Of a stretch of 64,000 bases of DNA, positions 36,970 through 46,888 are shown piece after piece. The notes below the pieces were generated by a model, which searched no databases, was not told the origin of the DNA, and saw nothing but the letters and a program-made list of their open reading frames with translations. This DNA is from Podarcis pityusensis (lineage: Eukaryota). Position 1 is the stretch's first letter; each line of letters opens with the position of its first letter. A program made the position numbers and the translations under genes. Where the stretch lies: NCBI GenBank assembly GCA_964106645.2, contig OZ067038.1; one strand, written 5' to 3'.

Positions 36970-38270
36970 TTTGGACGCGCTCACTTGAGAAAATTAGTGG
37001 CAGCGGGCACGAGCATCCTACTGAGCGAGGAGGAGGAGCAGCTGCGGGGGGAAATGTAACAGAATAAACAAAAGTACAATTTCCAATTTGCGCATTCCCG
37101 CCACCGCGCACAACCCCTTCCTTCCTTTAGGAGGCGTCCTGAACGACTGAGTACAGCGAACGCGTAACCCCCGCCTCCCGGCCGTCCCACTTCTTCAACG
37201 CGGCGATAGGCCTCGCGAGGAGGAAGGCGTAGACCACATCGCAGTTGGCCAATCGCCTCTCAGTGTCCAGCCGTTTGGGGAAAGCCTACCCAATGGCAAC
37301 CCAAAGCGGAGAAGTGAGTGACAGGAGAGCGGCCCACTCGGTGGGACCCGCGTTCTGTAGAACGGCCGCTGCGTCGCCCTGCGCCGGCCTCCCATTGGGC
37401 GCTCGAAGTAAGGAGGGGAAGATGGCGGAGTGAGGGGGAAGGAAGGAGAGCGCCGTGGGCTGCGGCCCTGGGGCCTTAACTGAGGTAAGACATGGCGGGC
37501 TCAGGGGCTTCGGTGGGGAAGGTTCGTGGGCACGAGGGCCTGTTGGACAGAAAAAACCAGCCTTGAGCTTGGAGCTCACTTGGCGAAGCCCGTCGGTTGA
37601 GCCGGCCGGAACCTGCTCTCTTTCTACGTGCCCGTCCCGGTTCTGTGCCGCTGGAGAGAGACAAGTTCTGGGGTCCGGAGCTTATTCTTATTACCTCAGT
37701 TCTGGCCTTTTACCTCATAAGGGGCCTCCTTCCTCCTCCTCGTCCGGGGTTTGTGAGGGTGGAAGCAGCTCGCTTTTCTCTGCCTCCAGAGCCGCAAACT
37801 TGTAAGCGGGCTACGCCTGGAACGAGGGGGTCGAGAATCGCTGCGTGGCCTCGGTGGCCAAGCCAGGGCGATCCCCTCCTTTCCCCTCTCCCCTTTCCCC
37901 TACCTCCCCAAAGCTGGCAGTGAGCGAGGGCTTGCTGGTGAGGCCCTGCACGGGCGAGGTGCTCCAGGCACCCGGCGCTGTGCAGCGGCCAAGAGAGAGA
38001 GAGACAAGGCACACCGCCTCTCTAGTTCTCGAGCGGGTGGGGTTGGCGAGGCATTGCTGCGGGTACTTGGGCCTCACTGGGCGTCCCAGTGGCGAAGCCA
38101 TCGCCTGCCTTCTTTCCAGTGTTGAGAAGTGGGTTGGGGGTCGGTGCGCATTTTCCAGGGGGGTCCTCTGTAGCTCCTGTGTTTTTCGAGGGAAGGCTGG
38201 AGTTCGTCGTGCCTGCAGCAGACTAGCCCGGCCTCTAGTCATCGTTACTGCGCAGGTCCGATTATGTGTC
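36970..38270 (+). promoter_or_regulatory. CpG island promoter of OIP5-AS1/Cyrano
   Basis: CpG-dense with no credible ORF; CCAAT at 37249 and 37290; ATTGG at 37394; palindrome CCTCGCGAGG 37211-37220; YY1 motif AAGATGGCGG 37419-37428; strong donor GAG|GTAAGA at 37484/37485. Confidence 0.85.
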
Positions 38271-38291
38271 CCCTTTTCTTTCTTGAGCTGA

Positions 38292-38469
38292 CAGGGGTGC
38301 CAACTTGAATAAAATATCGTGGGGACCAGGTAAGCCCCACCCCACATAATCAATCACATGACGCATTTCCCACACGCTATTTGAATGGCGATGCCCGTCA
38401 ACTTTGTGGGGCCCCGGCCCCCTCAAATATTTTATTGTGGGGTCCGAAGCCCCCAGGAGTTGGCTCCTG
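38292..38469. mobile_element. MITE-like element
   Basis: Imperfect TIRs CAGGGGTGCCAACT / AGTTGGCTCCTG. Confidence 0.45.
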
Positions 38470-40289
38470 TGAGAGCTGTATCTCTTGTTGATTCAGCTCC
38501 CATTTTCCCTTGTCTTGCACTTCACAGCTTTCATGTGCCTGTGTGTATCAGAAATAGAACAAGCCATATGTTTTTGTGGGGATCAGGAAGGCTTTCGCTG
38601 TCCTGTTTCCATACTCATATAAGTGGACATATTTATTTCCATTATTATTTACTTTTTCTGTGAATTTTGCTTTTTTTAAAAGAAAAATAACCCTGGGTCT
38701 TATTTGCTTCTTACAATTCTGTGTTTAATAAGTAACACATACAAGCAAGAGTGACAGATCAGCTGTTTTCTTAAAGAAGTTAAGAAATAGGAGCCCATCT
38801 GCAATGAAGAAATAAATTATGACTAGCTTTGGAAAAAACATTGAAACATACACTATGAACAAGCTGGCAGATCTTATGTAGAATTGCTGGTGAGCTTCAG
38901 CAGATGGCTGGAGTGCATTTTGAATGCATTAATTTGTATGCACTGTATCCATTACTATATAGACAAAGAGCAGCTGCATCTTATTGAAGCAGATACTGCA
39001 GAAATATTTTTTTTTTTAATTGCATACTTAGGAGATTCTATTTATACAGCTGCCAAAATGTCTTTGAATGGAAAAGAGACAGATGTGAAGAAATGGAGGT
39101 CTAATTCAAACTGCCCCAAGTAAGGGTGTATCATTTTTGGCGAGCTTTACTGGCAGAGTCAAAATCTGTAGTTGCCAGCCCCCTTCTCTATGAGCCAAGC
39201 CCCTTTCAAGCCTTTCCCAAGGGAAGAACTAGTGGAAAGAATGCCAGGTTGCTGTCAGTGCTTGAAAATGTCCCAAACCTTCAAGCAACAAATCAAGCAC
39301 CCTCCCAAGGGAAGGGCTTGAGGGTAATGTAGCCAAGGCATGCAAGCCTTTCACACAGTGGTGCACAACGTACTCCACCTGCCTTTCCCAAGAGAAGGGT
39401 GGATGGGGAGAGTAGCCAGTTGGGTGCCACTGTTTGAATGTCCCCCAAGTGCCTTCAGGCCAGTGGTGTAGCTAGCCACTTGGGCGCCATGGATAGCGGG
39501 GCAGGGTGAGCAGGGCACAAAGCCAGAATCCCAGCGCCTGAGGTGTTACGTTCCGCTCAGGCGTCCTGCAGGCCCGCGTTTATCTTTCAAGCAGCGCAGA
39601 GCCTGCAGGAAGTCTGCCCAATGCTTCCCCCTCAGCTGGAGGGTAATTGAGAGGGAGGCGTTGGGCAGAGGCCAGTCCCACAGTGCTTTTTGGGGCGTCA
39701 CGGTGTCTGCAGGTGCCCAAGACACCATGGCTCAGGTTCGCTGTGGGCCCAGCACCGCTCGTGGGGCCAGCTCGTGCCAGTTGCATCCTTCTCGGCTGCC
39801 CCCCCCGGCAGCTGTGGGGGATGCAGCAGCTTGGCGCCCTGCAAGCACAGCCCTGGTCCGCACTGCGCTCTGAGGTGCTTGGATTTGGGTGTCACCTTGG
39901 GCTCCAGCACTCAACACAAATACACACCCCAGCTTCTGGCAAGGACACTGGGAAATACATGGAAAAGATGAAAGCACTAAAAACTGTTATTTTGCCAACC
40001 CAAAAACCTGGGTGTTAGTGATATAGACATTTCCCCTGGAAAAAATTAATTCCAGCTTTGAAACTGCCTTATTTGATAGATAATTGCTAATTCATTTTAT
40101 AAAGCAAAGCAATGCATTTTTATGGCCTTTCTGACACTAATGGGACTAAAATTCTAAAACTGCTGATCTCTTCCTAAGTCTATCTCCATCTTCTTGTCAT
40201 CTTTGCTGGCATGACACAGACACCATTTTGCAGAGCTGGTGGTTGCTGTGTTGAGATTGGGCCTTGATCCAAGGCAATGGGATATTACG

Positions 40290-40291
<2 letters not shown>

Positions 40292-40324
<33 letters not shown>
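40292..40324. repeat. (TA)n microsatellite abutting the Penelope remnant
   Basis: Directly visible. Confidence 0.9.
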
Positions 40325-40327
<3 letters not shown>

Positions 40328-40625
40328 CAGTAGCACCTTAGAGACCAACTGGGTTTGTTCTTGGTATAAGCTTTCATGTGCATGCACACTTCTGGATATA
40401 TGGACTCTGTTCTGAAACTGTATGCCATCAGTGATCCTAGCTACATAAGTGACACCACAAACTTTCTGAGGAAAATACAATCTTTGAACAGGTATCTGAA
40501 GAAGTGTGCATGCACATGAAAGCTTATACCAAGAACAAACTTAGTTGGTCTCTAAGGTGGTACTGGACAATTTTTTAATATATATTTTGACTGCGTCAGA
40601 CCAACACAGCTACCTACCTGAATCT
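40325..40625. mobile_element. Penelope-like element remnant, inverted arms 40325-40393 and 40500-40568
   Basis: Same family as 1162-1372; 66 of 69 positions Watson-Crick complementary. Confidence 0.8.
40492..40529 (+). ncRNA. Minimal type I hammerhead ribozyme motif (Penelope-associated)
   Basis: GUAU-CUGAAGA-A-GUGUGCAUGCACAU-GAAA-GC-UU-AUAC. Confidence 0.6.
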
Positions 40626-43600
40626 AGAATAATGGAATATTACGTTGTACTGATATTGCAGCCATTGCACTTGAGTCTCAGCGGTGCTGTTCCATTATTA
40701 GATCTTGCTTTAAATTAGATGAAGTACAGAAATTTCAATTCCTATAACAGCCCTTTACTGTTGAGTACTGCCAAAGTACCTGTTATAAGTAATTACATTT
40801 TACTATCATTCACTTCATTGGTTTTATTTACTATTTTAAGAAAGCAGATTAAAACTGCTTGGTACTAGAATCATTATAGCTGCTGACTAAACTGTGTCCT
40901 ATTCCCCTGCTCTGCTCAGTGCAAAGTGATTATTTTAAAACATAGCTTCCAGTTTATATTTTGCTGAATGGAGTAGGGAGATAAGAGTTTCAGATTCTTT
41001 TTTGGCCTTAGTCTTATTGATGACAAAATTCTGTAAATGAAGAACCACTGTTCTGGGGAATTGATTTGCATCACAAAATAGTCCTGGGCACCCCCTTCCT
41101 CCAAGCTTTACATAATGCCATGTTAGCATCATGATAATGTATTAATACATTAAACATTTCAGTGTTGCTGTTCAGGGTGAAGGGGATTTATATTATTAAT
41201 TGGGTGAGTAGACAACCTGCTTTGTGAATGTAGCAGTGATTTCAAAAACACAAACCTATTTTTAAATCTTGCATTACAGTTTCAATACCTTGACTTGCAT
41301 CTTCACCTTCCACGGGTTTTCATGTGAGTTGGGTATAATTCCATCATGTCACTGGAAAATCTTGCATTATTTTGTTATGAAAATACTCTCAGATATGTGG
41401 AGAGGTGACTAGAACTGAAAGTAGTACGTATAGCAGCCAAGTTCTCCCACTCTCCCCTTCCTACTTTCTTATTAGTTAAGTAGCTCAGCATTTCAGTTAC
41501 TGTAATTTATCAAGAGAATTGTCAAAGAATTTAAATATGCTTAAAAAAATTCTTGAGTAGTTAATGCGGTTTGATTTTTAAAACGAAATTTCAGAGTGCA
41601 AGATGGTATGAGAATTTAAAGACCATCTTAAATGGCTAGAAATTTCTAAAGGTGCTCACACTTCTTTGCCTTTAAAAATATTGTGTATTGCAGAAAGTGA
41701 ATAAGCACCAGAATGCTGCTGTTTGTATGTACCGGGTATATGTGTGTGTTTAATTGTATGATGAGCACCCCTGCTCACAGGTGATCCATCATTCTACTGC
41801 TAGACTTGTCAGCTTTGCATTCTTAAGACCCGAGTGTAGTCCTTCCCTTTGAAATTTAATTAGAAACTGCGGATTTTCTGATCATCTCTATTTGAAACAC
41901 TCCATTCTTTCCCCGAGAATTGCATATTACTTGATTAGATAGTAATTTGAGGGAAATGTAACCCTTTGTGCTTCTTTAGTTATGACTGCACTGTTATAAG
42001 CTGTTGAAGAAATGCAGAGGCTCTGAATGAAAAATGCATTCATTTGAGTATTGCATTTCTGACTGCTCAGTGAAGGCTAGGCAAATATGATCTTGATGAA
42101 TTATACCCTGATGTTAAATGCATTGGCTTGAAGATAAGAGCTCTTTGATGCAATACACAGCCTGCTACCACTGTATGGAGCAATAAAGACAAAGTCCAAA
42201 GAAGGAATTGTAACTCCAAGCAAACAGTGGAAAGGTACCAGGAAGGCAAAATCAATTGGTAGCTCCTGTGCACATGTCCCCAAGCGTTTGGGATTCACCT
42301 GTACCTTTCAGATGCTGTACATTTCAGAAGTGGTGTGCATACTTGTTGGGTTTTAGAGACTGTTGTAAATCATGGTTTGCCACTAATCATGATTAGAAGC
42401 TTCTGGTTGTGTCACATTTGCCAGGGGCAGGAGGAGAACAGGAGTGTGCAAGTCAGCTTCTTGTGGCATAGTTAGCATTGCATCTACATAATCCCATTGA
42501 TTACAATGAGCACTTCTATTTATTCCTTAAGACAAAACTTAGGAGATAATTTATGCCTCATCTTGAAAGGACATTGTCTGTTATACTAGCAGGCTGTGCA
42601 TTGTCATCATGATTTATATGGGTTCTGGCACCTCTTTGGTGCGTTCCAGCACCTCTGTAGCATTGCAGCACAGGGGCACAGTTGCTCAGGGCTGCGCACC
42701 AGAGGCTGCAGGTGGCACTGCACTCCATGTTGAGCAACTGAGGCTGTGAGTGGCACAGTCTCCGGTGCGGCGCAGCGGCAGTGGGGTGAGTGGGCAAAGA
42801 AGAGAGCCCCCCCCCCAAAATGGTCACCAACTTTGGCTGGGCACTCCCCTAAGAAAAGCTCAACAAGTTCCAGTGCATCTTCCTGGAAGAAAAGCCCTGG
42901 TTGGAGACTTTTTTCAATACTAGGAAACCCAGTATCTTTGGATAAGAAGAGCAACATGTGATACATTTTTTTCTGTGGCCTGAACTTGAGTTCCTTTCCT
43001 GTTGTGTGCCTAGGTCCATGCATGCACCATCTTGATTGGCAGTCAGAATAAGAAAATTATCAGAAAGCTAAAGGCAAGAGTTCCTGGTTATAATTTATGC
43101 AGCCATAAAGCAAAAGGTAAGTGTTGGTTTAACCCTTCTTTGGATAATATGAAAGCCGTTTGCTGCCTAGCATCCTAGGAATAGTGTTTATGTTATACAT
43201 TAAGCCTGCAACTTACACACATTTAACTACTGCGCATTAAGCTTTACCACTTGGCAAAATAATAAAAATAAGTAAACGGATTTGCACATCCAGGAAAAAA
43301 GACTTTGGCAATTGCACCCAATGTGTTTTGACTATACATGGTTTTGACTTTAGGCACAATTCCTGGAACATAACCTCCAGGTAAGTTGCGGGCTTACTAT
43401 TCTTGGTTCAGATGAGAGCATACCATTTGGAGTTTTTACTAAGAGACTTAGTAGTTTTGTTGACAACTCCCTTCTCATGCAGTTCTAAAACCAATAACTA
43501 TAAATAACCCCTTCCAAAATAAAGACACCACACATGAAAGTTAGCTTTTTATGATATTGCTTGACTGATGTATGATTTTTAAAAGCTCTCAATCTTTTCT

Positions 43601-46600
43601 TACACAGGGGAAAACATTCTTGTGGTTGCAGTCAAAGAATCAGGAGTCAGAAAATTACAGTAGTCTTATGCAACAGTAAGTAAATATGGAAAGGTGGTGT
43701 TAAGCTGAATTGACAGAAATTATTTCAGGTCCTTGGATAGACATCTATAAATGTATAAAGTTGGATAAAAGTATCTGGGTGTTTTCCACTACCCACTTGA
43801 AAGTGTTTTTCCAGCAGAGGAGAAGTGGAGTCTTGGATGTGTTTACACTGCCCTGCTTGGTTACCTAAGTGGGCTCGGCAACGTCTCTCCAAATTCACTT
43901 CCTGCCAGCTGGACTGCAGGTTGACAGTTATCACTCTCTCTCACTAGATGAATGCATGGGACAATGGCAACCCAGATTTTCTTTTTCTTTTTTCTTCCAT
44001 CAGTCTGCCTTTCTGTGCTCCCCCCTTTCTCCATCTTAGCAGGATGAATCTGCCAACCCTCTCTGGAGTCATCCAACTAGGGGGGAAGGAAGCTAGGTCT
44101 CCCATTTCCCCTCATGACATGAAACCGACTCATAGTCTAAGTGTGCTGTATTGAAATGATGAAACACTCACCAACTGCTCACAGTTTCTGTTTATTCTCT
44201 GAAGTTTTCTTCCTCTGGCAATCTTTTTATTCCATTGCAATATTTGGATTAATTAGCATTTATCCCTGAAAAAGGCTTATTTCCTACAGCTTGAATGATG
44301 TACCAGGTAGACTTCTAGCACTGCTTGTATATAGCATTGGCCACAGCAATCAGGATCTGTTCTTGGTGTGTGAAACCTGAGGGGTCCCAGAATAAGAACT
44401 GCTTGGAATACCATGGGGGGGGGGGGTCACAGGCACTGTAATTCACCTGTAAAACAATTCCTCCAAATCTTTAAAAGTTCCAAGGTTCCCATAAAATGTA
44501 TGTGTGAAGTCAGTTTCAACTTAATTTAGAGTGAAATTACTTTCTCTTTTAATTAGCTAATTTGTGTGTGTATGTTTCCAGGTCCTTTCCTGTCAACCCA
44601 ACACAGGCTGCTAAAGGAGCTTTGACGGCTTCTGGTGAAGAAAACTGCTTCCTTTATCTCCATGAGGGAAATGAAGGAAAATGAAGAAGCACTGCTTATT
44701 TTCTGCTCCACTCCTTAACATGAATTGGAGATGTAAAGCCTGTATTATAGAAAAAAAAACTACTGTCCTTTCAGAGCAACTGAAATTAATGGCTGACATT
44801 TCACTGAAACATGCAAACTTTTTGTTCAGAGTTTTTGCACTCTATAAATGATTGCATATAGATAGAGGCATAACCCTAATTTGATTGGCATTTCCCCGCT
44901 TTCAAACTACCTTGGTAAAATAACTGCCTACTCTCAACATAGCATTTAGAGAAGCGAGCAAATTGATATATCCTTGGAACTTGTTACACAAACCTTTAAA
45001 GAAAATATTGCGCAGAAATAAAAGAATATACAGGTGTACTTAAAATGAGGAATAACTTTTTAAAAAGGAAAAAAAAACACCTTGTGAAATTGCCCTGTTG
45101 GAATTTTTCTCCTTTTAAAAGGAGCCAATTTATAGGTGTCCATCTTGATGCCATTATGTGAAGCAGTTGAAGCACAGTAGCATTTAGTAATTTTGTTCAC
45201 TGTTTTGAGTAGACTATTAAAAAACAAAACTTGCATATATAAATTTACATAATTGCTGGAAAGGAGAGGTGATCCTGTGAGTTGCTGCTTTTCTAGCAAG
45301 ATCCTTCCCAAGGGGTTGAATTCTTGAAACCAAACCCAGGAGCAATGGGTTTTACATGGTATCCTCAGTCTTCCTAGGGAATTCAGCAACAAAAGGAAGA
45401 ATACCTTTCTCCAAGCTTTTACCCAAAGGCACCAACTGATAGTGTAAAATATATGTGAAATTTCCCACCAGTTGGATGAACAAAGACAACACATGCTCAG
45501 AAAGGGCTTCTTCACTAATTCTGTGGGTCACTGAAAGTTAACGTGGAAATTCTGTTTCTAACATGTTTACAAAATATGCTTTGTCTCAATTGCACATGAT
45601 TCATATAGGACATTTTCTTTAGCATGGAATAATAGCTGATTTATTAGCCATACCTTGCAAGGGTAGATTGATTCCTGGTTTTTGAAAAGTCTCCCCCGCT
45701 TCCTTATGCTGAAGCCCTCAGCACTGCACCTTCAGTCTTACTGAAAATGTGAGTTTAAAATCTGCCAATGGCTTCAAAATATTTTCAATCTGGGTAAAAA
45801 AATGGGAGTGCATGTTATAATGGTCAGTCTTGGTTATTAACATTTTCAGTGCTACTTGATGTCTGGTTTGAGGTAGCAATGGCAATATTTCCTGAGATGG
45901 AAAACAGCGGCTGTTTGGGGTATTTAATAGTTTTGAAAGGAGCATCCCAAGCTAAATACTGGTATTTGCTCATCACTTAATCTTATGTTCCTTTTATATA
46001 ATAAAAGATTCACATAAATACTTAGGAAAGCTTATTCAGATGCTTTCCTTAATTCAAATCAGTTTTTTTAAAATGGAATGTTTAATAGAAGATTATCAAA
46101 CAGGTAAATATTTATAACTACTGAACATAATCAGATTTATGACTTGGGTCAGCTTGCTGGGGGGGAAATTGTCATGGTTGTCATTTAGATTGGCTTTGAA
46201 GTATACTTAAATCCTAATTCAAATAGAAGTCCAGAAATAAAAGTAGTTGGATTTCCTTCTAGGTTCTTCTGAACAGGAATTCCTGTTTAATTTATTGGGA
46301 TTTTAGATATAGGGTTAGGCTTCTTAGTGAAACATTCTCTCATTCTGGAGCTGAAAATTCAGAAGACATCAGGTGTAGTGATGATTTGCTTCTATGTCAG
46401 TAGACTTTATGTTGTCTTCCTTACGTACTTCTCTCATATTTAATTTGTAAAAGAATATGCTGGCACAGAGTGAAAACGCTTAGTTTCCCTAAATTGTCAG
46501 GATAGATATAAGAGAAAGTGGCCATATCAGTTGCACAAAATTCCAGCAAAGAACAACTCCCCCATCCCTTTCCCTCAAGCTCCCCTGACTACATGAGGAC

Positions 46601-46862
46601 TCAGTTTAAAATCTTGGAGAAACGAGTGCTGTACATGGCCCAAGAAACCTGTTTGTAGTACTTCTCCTGTAGCATCTTAAAAGTACTGTGTCAAGGCAAT
46701 ACTGCCTTAATCTTTTTGTTTTACATTTTGATCTGCATCTCTTCATGTTGGCAGGAAATCTTTCCTTTATGAAAAACAAATACTGGGGCACGTGCAATAG
46801 TATAATATATACATATAAATATATTTTAATACTTGTGGACAAAATGTTACAAGTTGTTTGAG

Positions 46863-46888
46863 AACAACAAAATCACCAATGTCTTCCA
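46863..46888 (+). promoter_or_regulatory. Extensively paired miR-7 site (TDMD trigger) in Cyrano
   Basis: GTCTTCCA (46881-46888) is the 8mer for miR-7 nt 1-8; AACAACAAAATCAC (46863-46876) pairs perfectly with nt 11-24; internal loop CAAT opposite UA. Confidence 0.96.

Noticed and set aside
37195-38353. Many overlapping 60-180 aa ORFs in the CpG island
   Set aside because: Expected from stop-codon scarcity in GC-rich DNA; the island is better explained as the Cyrano promoter.
39460-40018. GC-rich patch with several overlapping ORFs
   Set aside because: Low-information translations; probably a DNA-transposon remnant that I cannot classify.
45060-45515. 151-aa minus-strand ORF inside the Cyrano exon
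   Set aside because: Non-ATG start, no motifs and no supporting splice or promoter signals.
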